DNA from: Candidatus Hodarchaeota archaeon
Lineage (GTDB): Archaea > Asgardarchaeota > Heimdallarchaeia > Hodarchaeales > Hodarchaeaceae
Assembly (NCBI GenBank): GCA_016839815.1
Contig: JAEOTM010000187.1
Coordinates: forward strand, 37,214-101,213
Direction: 5' to 3'
DNA: 64,000 nt
The translations under genes and the position numbers were made by a program. Shown piece after piece: positions 38,531 through 47,583 of the stretch. The notes under the pieces are model-generated. The model did not search any database. It was not told the origin of the DNA and saw only the letters and a program-made list of their open reading frames with translations. Position 1 is the first letter of the stretch, and each line of letters opens with the position of its first letter.

Positions 38531-40279
38531 TCATGGGAACGTATCTTTCGTAGCACTTGATACTGCGAAATTTTGTCCAAAGATCCGCTCGGTTGAGTCT
38601 TCGAAAGATGAGTGACGTCGGGCTTTCAGATACTGATTTGTTCTCATCGCCACTGATTTTCTTTGGAGGGGTTCCAAGTCTTCGCCACGGGCTTTCCAAT
38701 CATCGATATGAGCATCTGGAGGAGCTTGGGCCACAAGTCCCACAGTCATATTTTGATTTCCATCCATTTTGACGATATATTTCTCTTTAGCATCTGTAGT
38801 AAAGAAAATTTCTTCAATTAAAAATTCCTGAACATTAAATGCCGTTTGGAAGAGATTAGATAATAAAGGATTAAGATTTGTTAGGAAAGTCATCAGAGTC
38901 GAGGATAGTGAAAGGGTAGGTTTTGAAAGGAAAGTGGTTACATTTGATTTTAGATCTGTTTCAAAGATTCCATCGATGCTATAATTTCCCTCTCGAAGTG
39001 TGTCAAAGGTATCTACAATTTGAATGTTACTAACAGCTTCGATTACTAAAGATTGGGGTAAGAAAGAAGCCTCTGTTGTAAATGAACCCTTTTTCGTTTT
39101 TCCTTCCTTAGGTTTTGCTTGAACAGGAGGTCTGGATGCTGTAGGTTCGATTTCTTCTTGCGTTTGGGGATCAGATTTACGAATTCTCCCAAATAATCGA
39201 CCTAGAAATCCCTTCTTTTTAACGGGTGTATCAGAAACCGTTTGTTTTTTCGGTGCAATAGGTCGGGGTTTAGATTTTTGTTCTCCAGTTAAGGTTTTTT
39301 TCCAACTACCTGCTTTGAGCTCCTCTAAACCACGTAAGTGAAGAATTTGTGAAACACCTGTTGAGTTTATATCTTCTGCGGGAGTTTTCATTATTATCAT
39401 GGGTTTAGCAGATGAAATTGGATCTCTAACAAGCATAAGGTGTTCTAGGGTATTAAGAATCCGTCCACGAAGCATAACAACTTGACTATTAAGGATATAT
39501 TTGCTTAAAAACGAAGTAACCCTTTGAAATGGAGTTTGGAGACTATTTACTTTCATAGATTCATCTTGATTCCACGAGGAAATTAATGATGATTGTTCAG
39601 TAGTAAAGAGGATAAAAGCTTGAGTCTCATTCATGTTGGCTATGGTGACGCTTGGATTTTGTGAAACGAGATGGAGGGTTTCATGCTCCTTAAGTATCTT
39701 CCAAATAGGGGTATTTAGTTCAGAGAACTGAGTATGATCACTCTTGATGTTAAGGGCTTGTATCTCTTCATTCACGTATGTTCGTTTGAGCGCAGCGGCA
39801 AGTAATGCTAATTCCCATCCACAAGGACCTTTGGTGAGATAATTTCCAACTCTCTTAAGATAAGGTGAAACAAAATAGTCCTTCAAGCGGATTAATGACA
39901 CATCACGAGGCATTCCTCTTCCACCCATGAACAAATCTTGGGATCTCATCTTTATGGCCGTTTTATATGCAACATAAAACACATGCATGAGTTTATCAGG
40001 TGATAAGTTACGATTACGGCCTGCAATGAAAGCTTTGAACACAGATTGATAACGATCTTCATCGGAAGCTTCTGAAGGTACTTCTGACGCAGTGACAATG
40101 AAATCTGCGACAAATAGTGCACGTGGTGCTTCATCCGCAGTTAAACCTGCATCAGTTGCTAAAGTGAGCAATTCTGGGGCAGCACTTGCGTATCTGCTCA
40201 GTCGGACTGGAATATCATATTCCCGTCCTAATTCAACTATTAATGAATCAATGTACGGGAGATTTGGTATACTTGACAC
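38531..40279 (-). CDS. Hypothetical protein with an internal amphipathic KKGFLGRLFG motif
   Basis: 582-aa ORF, GGTGA SD before the GTG start; no recognisable family. Confidence 0.6.
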   Translation of the reverse strand: MSSIPNLPYIDSLIVELGREYDIPVRLSRYASAAPELLTLATDAGLTADEAPRALFVADFIVTASEVPSEASDEDRYQSVFKAFIAGRNRNLSPDKLMHVFYVAYKTAIKMRSQDLFMGGRGMPRDVSLIRLKDYFVSPYLKRVGNYLTKGPCGWELALLAAALKRTYVNEEIQALNIKSDHTQFSELNTPIWKILKEHETLHLVSQNPSVTIANMNETQAFILFTTEQSSLISSWNQDESMKVNSLQTPFQRVTSFLSKYILNSQVVMLRGRILNTLEHLMLVRDPISSAKPMIIMKTPAEDINSTGVSQILHLRGLEELKAGSWKKTLTGEQKSKPRPIAPKKQTVSDTPVKKKGFLGRLFGRIRKSDPQTQEEIEPTASRPPVQAKPKEGKTKKGSFTTEASFLPQSLVIEAVSNIQIVDTFDTLREGNYSIDGIFETDLKSNVTTFLSKPTLSLSSTLMTFLTNLNPLLSNLFQTAFNVQEFLIEEIFFTTDAKEKYIVKMDGNQNMTVGLVAQAPPDAHIDDWKARGEDLEPLQRKSVAMRTNQYLKARRHSSFEDSTERIFGQNFAVSSATKDTFP

Positions 40280-40389
40280 GGAATCACCAAGTTACAGTAC
40301 TCGAGAGAACAAGGATGTTCTAAACTAAAACCTTTTGCTAAAAGAAAATCTCTATTCCCATAAAAACATTCAATCTACTATCTTTATCC

Positions 40390-40842
40390 TTACTTCCAAG
40401 TAGTTGTCTGTTGACGGGCCATATATAAAAGCCCAAGTGTTAATGCTCCACCAATAACTCCACCCCAAAATCCAATATCAGGCCACCAAGCATTGTCTTC
40501 AATGATGTTCACGAGTGCAAATCCAGAGAAGGCGACGAGTTGTGATCCGACCGCACCTAATGCAGCAAAGACACCCAGATTGGCGAAATTATCACTCAAA
40601 TTATCGGTCACTCCGAGATAAGAAATATAAGCGCAAAATGCGAGCAATCCAATAGCCACAAGAAGAAATGGCGACATTAATATATGATTAAAGGGATTAA
40701 TCCACCCCTCCTCTTCGATACCCAAATAGTAATTTTGCCAATACCATCCTGAAAAATCCCCAATTAATAAGATAGCTGCTCCAATTATACTAGTTATTAA
40801 GGAGCCTACATATAGACTGTTTGTATTTATTGTCGTAGACAT
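40390..40842 (-). CDS. Hypothetical 4-TM membrane protein
   Basis: Four hydrophobic segments; GGTGA SD. Confidence 0.65.
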   Translation of the reverse strand: MSTTINTNSLYVGSLITSIIGAAILLIGDFSGWYWQNYYLGIEEEGWINPFNHILMSPFLLVAIGLLAFCAYISYLGVTDNLSDNFANLGVFAALGAVGSQLVAFSGFALVNIIEDNAWWPDIGFWGGVIGGALTLGLLYMARQQTTTWK

Positions 40843-40933
40843 AAGTTTTCACCTGTAAATGTTTCTTAGCATGAAATTGGTTCTTGATTTATCAAGTTTT
40901 TACTTCTAAAAGCTCAAAATCAGATCCTAAAAT

Positions 40934-42094
40934 CTAATCACCTTCAGACGAAATCTCAAGTTTTGGACTTGGAGAGGTTGTTCTGAATCCATAGACAATA
41001 AGAATTAAACCTGTAATAATGAAAGAGATATTTATAGGTAAGATAGGCAACGTATTCCATACTGATTTACCTCTCATGAGCTCAACGTGGAGCGGGGAAT
41101 AGAGGAGATAAAAGAATGCGGACGAAGCTATTAATGTCACTCCATAAGAACTCCAAAAGGGAAGTAGGAACCTCTGCTTAGCTAGAAACGATGAGAAGAA
41201 ATACAAACAAACTATCAGAATTAATAACGAGAATATTCTCAATTCAACAGGGATATATTCATTATAACGTGCTTCTTCATAACCAATGAAAATGTAAAAT
41301 GGTGCTAACGTTAATAATAAAGACAAAACAACAATAAATTGACGAAATTGATTCTTTGAAGAGGTTACTGAAAAATTCTTAAGTGTTAATCGAAGTAAGT
41401 TAATACAATAATAAAAATATATTACCGTTGGAATAGGGATAAAGAATTTAACACGAAGAAGTGTGATAACTGTTAAATAAGAGATAAAGAAGAGTATAGG
41501 AGCTATAGATTGCAAACGTTCAAAAGAATCATCTTTACATTCCTCAGTATAAGATTCTGAAAGTGCAAAAAAGAAGAGAATACCAGAAATGAAAAATGAT
41601 GGAATAAAAATATATATAAAATAACCTAATCCATCGAAATAGGGAAATCCCATTCCAGATAAGAGTTCGAAGAAAAGATTTGAGCGTGCGCGAACTGTTA
41701 TACTAATAATTTGGACAGATTGTTGGGAATGAAATTGAAGGGTAATATCTCCACCAAGATTCCAGTCTGAGTTGCTTGTTATGAATTGACCAGGGTGGAG
41801 AGAATATGATTCTTCTATTCTATAGTCATGACCACTACCATAAAGAGTAAAATTAATATTTTCAGAATTTGAATCAAGAGCGAGAATTATAACTTCATCT
41901 ACTACTGGATAGTCAAAAATATAATAATTTATCTCTTCTCTAATTTCTAATATCTCTTCAAAGCTATAAGATTTTCCTTCAAGAGAAAAACTGACAAAAA
42001 CACTAATAATTATGATGAATAAAATGGTAGACCCAATGATTACTTTATTACGATGTTTTTCTGAAAGAAAACGAAATTCTGTCAAAATTATCAC
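40934..42094 (-). CDS. Hypothetical polytopic membrane protein with an extracellular N-terminal domain
   Basis: One N-terminal TM, a soluble loop, then ~7 TMs. Confidence 0.6.
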   Translation of the reverse strand: MIILTEFRFLSEKHRNKVIIGSTILFIIIISVFVSFSLEGKSYSFEEILEIREEINYYIFDYPVVDEVIILALDSNSENINFTLYGSGHDYRIEESYSLHPGQFITSNSDWNLGGDITLQFHSQQSVQIISITVRARSNLFFELLSGMGFPYFDGLGYFIYIFIPSFFISGILFFFALSESYTEECKDDSFERLQSIAPILFFISYLTVITLLRVKFFIPIPTVIYFYYCINLLRLTLKNFSVTSSKNQFRQFIVVLSLLLTLAPFYIFIGYEEARYNEYIPVELRIFSLLILIVCLYFFSSFLAKQRFLLPFWSSYGVTLIASSAFFYLLYSPLHVELMRGKSVWNTLPILPINISFIITGLILIVYGFRTTSPSPKLEISSEGD

Positions 42095-42217
42095 GTTGAT
42101 TAGTGATTCTTAGGGTGAAAAGAACGGATCACGATTTCTATGATTGGATCTTATATAGATATTTTTATAATTCGGAAATTCACAAGTAGTCATGAATCGA
42201 AGAAAAAGGTGAAAGCT

Positions 42218-42691
42218 ATGAGTAGACGTGTTTATGTCAAAGGTAAAAAGACTTATGCGAAAGGTCAAGCCCCAGATTTGAGTAAATCGAACCGTTATCA
42301 AAATATTATAGCATTGATGAGTATTCGGGTTGAGGATGTTCATGAACGTAATCCTATGGATCGTACTGGAGAATTTTATTTTGAAGTAGGTGGGAAAGGG
42401 TTACTTAAACATGATTATCGTGTTCCGTTCCATGGTGAAATTAAAATTAAGGAAAACCTAACCTACACAGCCAAACAAGATTTTACATTGTGGATTTCGT
42501 TCGATGAGGCGGATAAAGAAAAAACTCGGAGTATTCCTATTAAATTTCGTGAAAGGGATCCTACGAAAGATGATACAATCATAAAAACCGAGATCCCTAT
42601 TACTTTTGGATCAGGATCAAAGTATGAGGTAATAAAAGGACCTGGAATTTCTATTAAGTTAAAAATTTCAAGTCACAAAACTCGTTATTAA
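42218..42691 (+). CDS. C2-domain-like beta-sandwich protein
   Basis: DRTGEFYF...IKFRERDPTKDDTI pattern like C2 Ca-binding loops; GGTGA SD before the ATG at 42218. Confidence 0.45.
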   Translation: MSRRVYVKGKKTYAKGQAPDLSKSNRYQNIIALMSIRVEDVHERNPMDRTGEFYFEVGGKGLLKHDYRVPFHGEIKIKENLTYTAKQDFTLWISFDEADKEKTRSIPIKFRERDPTKDDTIIKTEIPITFGSGSKYEVIKGPGISIKLKISSHKTRY

Positions 42692-42706
42692 TTTGGTGTT
42701 CTTTTC

Positions 42707-43279
42707 ATGAACAAGAAGAATTCTAAACCAAAAAAAAGCTTTGTTGACCGTATCAAAGATTCAAGTAAGGATTTCGTTGAGGGTGTGAAAGCTGAATTTG
42801 ATGAAGTCGGACAATCTCAATCATCCAAAGAGAAATCCCCTTCCTATGTAGGGAGAAAACGCGAAGAATTTCAACAATCAGTAAGTAGACGTGTAAGTGA
42901 TACCAGTTCTCCAGAGGAGGTGTATTACTCTACTACAGCATGGTTTTGGGCGATGTTCTTCATAATCATAATATGTATCGCCCTATTCTTTTCTGGGATT
43001 ATGAATCCTCGTTTTTTCCTTGTGGGATTACTCGCTTTACTAGCGATGCCATTCTTGGTGGTATGGTGTTTAATTCATATGATTCCCACAATTCGAATTT
43101 TTGGATTTACGGTCTTTGATAGAAACCAGCTCTCTTTTAGGAGGCAATTATCGGTGGGTAAAGAAATTGCCCGCTTTTTTACCCGAGAATTTCTTGAAGA
43201 ATCACCTCTTTTTGCATTCTTTTTGTTCATGTTTATGTTGATATTTATCTTGTCGATACTCTTTGCTTTTATTCCTTAA
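42707..43279 (+). CDS. Hypothetical membrane protein (3 TM, charged N-terminus)
   Basis: Hydrophobic segments; 15 bp downstream of the previous gene. Confidence 0.6.
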   Translation: MNKKNSKPKKSFVDRIKDSSKDFVEGVKAEFDEVGQSQSSKEKSPSYVGRKREEFQQSVSRRVSDTSSPEEVYYSTTAWFWAMFFIIIICIALFFSGIMNPRFFLVGLLALLAMPFLVVWCLIHMIPTIRIFGFTVFDRNQLSFRRQLSVGKEIARFFTREFLEESPLFAFFLFMFMLIFILSILFAFIP

Positions 43280-43288
43280 AAGATCGCA

Positions 43289-43317
43289 GAGGGGTATAAA
43301 TTACCCCTCCATTTTTT
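43289..43317 (+). terminator. Hairpin + T-tract between convergent genes
   Basis: gaggggta-taaat-tacccctc followed by catttttt. Confidence 0.5.
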
Positions 43318-44962
43318 AAGTGTCTGAATTTGATAGACGATCAATAAAAATTTGTGGTTTATCCTCATATCTGAGTAAGACATCATCACATGCTAATATC
43401 TGGAGGTCTTCTTCACTTCCATCGGAATAGATAGTTCTTTGTAGAAGATTGCCAAAACCATCCTGTACATGAATGATAATCTGTTCAATATCCTCCTTAA
43501 TTATTTGAGGAAAATCCGTATTTATCATACTTGAATCCCATATAACTCGGCCATATGTTGTATTTTTCCAAAATATTGGATTTTTCATATTGGGAAAGTC
43601 AAAAATTCTTCCATCATTCAAATAAACGGAAGCATTGACACTTAATACATTTGAAAGTGAATCCTCAACGTTAAATCGTAGAAAAGTGTGATGAAGCAGT
43701 TGAGGATCTTGATCCCAATCCTGCTCTATATATCGTGTAGTAAGTGTTAGGTTAGATATAGAAGGAGGTGTTTGGTCGGTTATATTCAAATCACGCCAGA
43801 TAGTCACTTTCTGAGGAACACTTTCTGGAGTTATTTCCAGTAACAATTCCTTAGAATCCTTGTAATCCCTAATTGAGAACTGAGAAGAGAATTTATTATT
43901 GATTTGAGGATAAGGATTCTCCCACGATTTTGGAAGTAAAATTCCCATAGTTAATGGAACGTTGAAGATATCCGTATTAAGTTTAGGAGTTGAAAACTCA
44001 AATTCAAGTTTTTCGTCAAAATAGTTTATCGTAGAAAACTCGGTAAACTGTTTTTCAATCTCATAGGCAACGAGTTCACCCCAGGAAGTATACCAGACAT
44101 CTGGCCAGCCCGAGATACTTGAAATTGTCTCTTCATAGCTAGTAAAGTCGGTTACACCATATGTTTTCCCAGGAGCGTTCGTATGACCATATCCTTTGAA
44201 AACTTGATATCCTTCAGAGTGATATATCTTCTGAAGAATTGGTTCAATTTTATTGAGATTAGTATCTTCAATTCCACTTGAACTAATGGTAGCTCCCTCT
44301 AATGGCCATGAGGAAGGGGGCCATGAGGTCCCTCCTGCATTAATCGTTCGACCCAAAGTGAAGTATTTCTTTACAAAATTTGATCCCCCAAGATCTCCAA
44401 ATGGGTACGCAAAAACAATTGGAGTAAATCCGAAAAGCTCTTCTATGCCTGTACGACCCCATTTCACATAATATTCCCTTTCTACTGTGCTACATTGCGA
44501 AAGGTGAACATGTTTTCCACAATGAGATTGAACATCGTATCCTTGAAATAATTCATCCATTAAGAATGCATACCGCCAGTAAGACCGATTGGGGTAACTT
44601 CGATAAGAAGGAGCAAAAATAGTATGGGAAATACCGTACTTTTGGTCAATTGGAGCTAATTTTACATCATATAGACGAGCATCATCCCAGGAGAGGGTAA
44701 AAGTAGTATTGCAATCTTGAGAAAAATATGTGATACGGGGTTTATTAGGAAATTGACTGAAATTAGGATTGCTAATTGGAGGAGGTTCTTCAACTGGTGT
44801 CAGAAATGGAAATATTAACAATGAAATATTAGCAAAAATGATCAGAATACCAATCAGTCCTTTCTTTTCGAAGAAAGTAGTAAGAGTTGATCTTAATAAA
44901 AGAGCAAAACTCCATAAAAAGTGTAAGAATTGATTAAATAGTAGTAAATTCATCTTAAACAC
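43316..44962 (-). CDS. Membrane-anchored polysaccharide deacetylase (CE4/NodB) family protein
   Basis: TLSWDD, QSHCGKHVHL, FAYPFG. Confidence 0.75.
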   Translation of the reverse strand: MFKMNLLLFNQFLHFLWSFALLLRSTLTTFFEKKGLIGILIIFANISLLIFPFLTPVEEPPPISNPNFSQFPNKPRITYFSQDCNTTFTLSWDDARLYDVKLAPIDQKYGISHTIFAPSYRSYPNRSYWRYAFLMDELFQGYDVQSHCGKHVHLSQCSTVEREYYVKWGRTGIEELFGFTPIVFAYPFGDLGGSNFVKKYFTLGRTINAGGTSWPPSSWPLEGATISSSGIEDTNLNKIEPILQKIYHSEGYQVFKGYGHTNAPGKTYGVTDFTSYEETISSISGWPDVWYTSWGELVAYEIEKQFTEFSTINYFDEKLEFEFSTPKLNTDIFNVPLTMGILLPKSWENPYPQINNKFSSQFSIRDYKDSKELLLEITPESVPQKVTIWRDLNITDQTPPSISNLTLTTRYIEQDWDQDPQLLHHTFLRFNVEDSLSNVLSVNASVYLNDGRIFDFPNMKNPIFWKNTTYGRVIWDSSMINTDFPQIIKEDIEQIIIHVQDGFGNLLQRTIYSDGSEEDLQILACDDVLLRYEDKPQIFIDRLSNSDT

Positions 44963-45035
44963 ATCAAATAAGGATTTTAAAGACTTATAACTCTAAAATA
45001 CTTATAGAATTGACGTTTTTAAGACGATACAAACG

Positions 45036-45088
45036 AACAGATTGTTTTCTTTTACAAACGGATTGTTTTTATTTCGGAACAGATCGTT
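45036..45088. promoter_or_regulatory. Three palindromic AAC-N5-GTT operator-like sites at 21-bp spacing
   Basis: aacagattgtt (45036), aacggattgtt (45057), aacagatcgtt (45078). Confidence 0.6.
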
Positions 45089-45196
45089 CTAAGAATTAGA
45101 TGACCTGTTTGACTTTTAGAACATTAGATGGAATGAGTCCAAGTGATGGAATTAATCGAGTTAGTGATTAGAACACCTTACAAGAATGGTGATATT

Positions 45197-45646
45197 CTAT
45201 AGAGGTTTCATCTGGTAAGTTTTAATGGCCTCAAAACAAAAGATTACTGAAACAGCAGAACTAAATACAAGAAAAAGTACATCTATCAGACGAAGAGGTG
45301 AGTCTTGAGTGAAAATTAAAAGAAAAGTCAAAAAACAGAAAGTTAAGGAGAAAGATAGATAAAAAGTCATACGAGGGATTAAAAGTCGACCAAATCTGAT
45401 ATAAAGTCCCAATACGCCTGTTTTTACTTCTTCCTTGATGAAATATTTGTCAGTTTTGATATCTTGAACTACCAGCCCTGCATTGACCAGCTTATTCATA
45501 TGATAAGAAACTGTGGAGGAAGAAGGGATGTTTAAGTTTTTCTGAATTTCTCTGATTCCAGATTGACCATGTGACAACAGATACCAGTAAATCTGCATCG
45601 TTTTTCCTTTTAATAAGTCATCCACTGTAGGGTCTACTGCTTTCAT
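45197..45646 (-). CDS. Membrane-tethered HTH transcriptional regulator (ArsR-like HTH + 2 TM)
   Basis: GIREIQKNLNIPSSSTVSYHMNKLVNAGLV followed by two hydrophobic helices. Confidence 0.8.
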   Translation of the reverse strand: MKAVDPTVDDLLKGKTMQIYWYLLSHGQSGIREIQKNLNIPSSSTVSYHMNKLVNAGLVVQDIKTDKYFIKEEVKTGVLGLYIRFGRLLIPRMTFYLSFSLTFCFLTFLLIFTQDSPLRLIDVLFLVFSSAVSVIFCFEAIKTYQMKPL

Positions 45647-45667
45647 TTGTTTTCACCGTACAGTTTG

Positions 45668-46363
45668 TTAAACAGGAAACACGGAAAAAATCAATTCTGC
45701 CAAAGCATTCATACCAGCATAAATATTCGAAGAATCGGTAATCTCTAGAAATTGCATGTTATGGGTGTTATAATAAACCTGTACGATCCTTACTCCCCTG
45801 AATGAAATTTCAGTCTGCTCCCAAACACCTTGAAGAAATCCAAAAACCATCTTTTCTTTTGAGAAAGCAATGCTAAACGCAGTTCCATCCTCATACGCAA
45901 TATCCATCAAAAATGTAGGTGGATCTATGTCACCAAGATCATTAATTGTTTGACTGACATTATCTAAAGGAATTATTGTGGAACGAAATTGTACCATAAC
46001 CTCTTGAAGTTGTGAGCGATTTATTGGAGATATTGTCGCCGTTGGTTCATGTAATAATGCCATGGTAAAGGTTCCATTGATATCACCAACTTGTATACCA
46101 TCAATGAATTTAGAATAGTGTGTAGATATATTCACATTCAACCAAGTATTATTAAAAATCCAAACATAGCTGATATTGGCTTCTTTACTCTCCATTTCTT
46201 TGGCAATCGTGGAACCAGTAGTTTCTTCAACAGGTGGTACAAACGGTATTATATTAAACGAATTATATAAGCTTGATACTGCTAGAAAGAGAAGAATGCC
46301 TGTAATTCCTCCTGCGAAAATTGCGATTAGTCCTTGTTTTTTGAATGATCCATTTAGAGCCAT
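45668..46363 (-). CDS. Single-TM extracytoplasmic hypothetical protein
   Basis: Start set at MALNG (46363); N-terminal TM then a soluble domain; co-oriented 21 bp upstream of the regulator. Confidence 0.6.
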   Translation of the reverse strand: MALNGSFKKQGLIAIFAGGITGILLFLAVSSLYNSFNIIPFVPPVEETTGSTIAKEMESKEANISYVWIFNNTWLNVNISTHYSKFIDGIQVGDINGTFTMALLHEPTATISPINRSQLQEVMVQFRSTIIPLDNVSQTINDLGDIDPPTFLMDIAYEDGTAFSIAFSKEKMVFGFLQGVWEQTEISFRGVRIVQVYYNTHNMQFLEITDSSNIYAGMNALAELIFSVFPV

Positions 46364-46433
46364 TTTAGCACCCTTTTGGAAAGTAAGAATCAAGAAAAGA
46401 AAGGTTTTACCTCTCTTAAATACATATACCTTG

Positions 46434-46446
46434 GAACAGTCTGTTC
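46434..46446. promoter_or_regulatory. Perfect palindrome GAACAG-T-CTGTTC upstream of the TM protein/regulator operon
   Basis: gaacagtctgttc, same consensus as 45036-45088. Confidence 0.55.
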
Positions 46447-46562
46447 GTAAAAGCAAACGAGTTTAGTAAGGTATAACAAAGCCTACTTATACCTACACTG
46501 AATCCTAGTAAGAACATTTCTTTGTAATAACTAATTAACTAATATAAAACAAATCTAAAGTA

Positions 46563-47492
46563 TCAATCGAGTAAATCGCAGTATTTTAACGTTACTAATA
46601 ATTCGTAAGTTAGTTTTCCGGCCCATTCTTTCTCTATCTTGTTCCAAAGATCAGTCTCTCCCCATTTCCAGCTAGGATGTGACCCACCATCTGGGAATAA
46701 TCTATCAACCTCATTCTGGAGTAGGTTGACAATCTTTTTAGGAAATTTCCGGTATAAAAAGGAATTTTTTTCAGTAACTAACCTCTGGATCTTAACATCT
46801 TTGAGATTAGTGGTATTTAATAGCTCAGTATCCCTAAAGCTGTTTTCTAGCATGATAAAAATTTGCTTCTGTAAATCTTCAGATATTTGAGGTAAAAGAC
46901 GCTTAAAGCATAGGAAATCATAATAAGGTGATTTTCTAAGTTTTGGAACGAGTTTGAGATATTCATTCAGGTCTATTACTACTTCTTCAAGTAAAAATGG
47001 AAGTACAAGATCCGAATATTGTAATAGATACCCGATGACTTCAACAGAGGGGTTAGGCCAGCTTTCGATGTTTGGAGGTTCCAGTTTTTCAATTATCCAC
47101 CAGGGTGCTTGGGAGGAATGATTTATGATTCGAGGGACAGGATACCAAAAATACCTAAGGGGAAAATCCATTGAAAATTGTTGAATACTCTTTGTGAGAT
47201 AAGAAATTGCCCGTTCAATTATTTTATTTGGTTTTGACAATTTTAGTTCATTAAGATATTGCATAGCTACAGTGGTTGCCAATACAGATGATCTTTTTGT
47301 ACGAAAATCAGGTTCCAACGCCTGTCCGAACCCCCCATCATCATTTTGATAGTTTTTTAATAAATCTAGAACCATTTGAGGTGAACCATTATTAAATTCT
47401 AAATTATAAAGAGCTTGGTCTATTGGTCGGGCATGAGACCTAATGAAATTCTCTGCTTTTTCAAACTGTGATTTAGAAAGCATCAACCTCAC
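46563..47492 (-). CDS. Prenyltransferase/squalene-cyclase-like alpha-barrel hypothetical protein
   Basis: YQNDDGGFGQALEPD, APWW, NPS motifs. Confidence 0.6.
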   Translation of the reverse strand: MRLMLSKSQFEKAENFIRSHARPIDQALYNLEFNNGSPQMVLDLLKNYQNDDGGFGQALEPDFRTKRSSVLATTVAMQYLNELKLSKPNKIIERAISYLTKSIQQFSMDFPLRYFWYPVPRIINHSSQAPWWIIEKLEPPNIESWPNPSVEVIGYLLQYSDLVLPFLLEEVVIDLNEYLKLVPKLRKSPYYDFLCFKRLLPQISEDLQKQIFIMLENSFRDTELLNTTNLKDVKIQRLVTEKNSFLYRKFPKKIVNLLQNEVDRLFPDGGSHPSWKWGETDLWNKIEKEWAGKLTYELLVTLKYCDLLD

Positions 47493-47583
47493 AATATCAA
47501 GAATTGGTAGACGTAGATCTGTAATATTCTTTAAGAACTATATACTAGAAACATCACTTACATATATATGGATGTACCTGACA

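Noticed and set aside
40307-40320. gaacaaggatgttc upstream of the 582-aa gene as another operator copy
   Set aside because: The spacer is one base longer than the consensus and it is a single site, so it cannot be distinguished from chance.
45036-45130. 21-bp periodic repeat considered as a mini-CRISPR or iteron array
   Set aside because: The units are only ~11-13 bp with ~10-bp gaps, and there are no cas or rep genes. An operator array fits better.
46434-46446. Resemblance of GAAC...GTTC to the Gram-positive LexA box
   Set aside because: The spacer is N5 rather than N4, the host appears archaeal, and the adjacent genes are not SOS genes.
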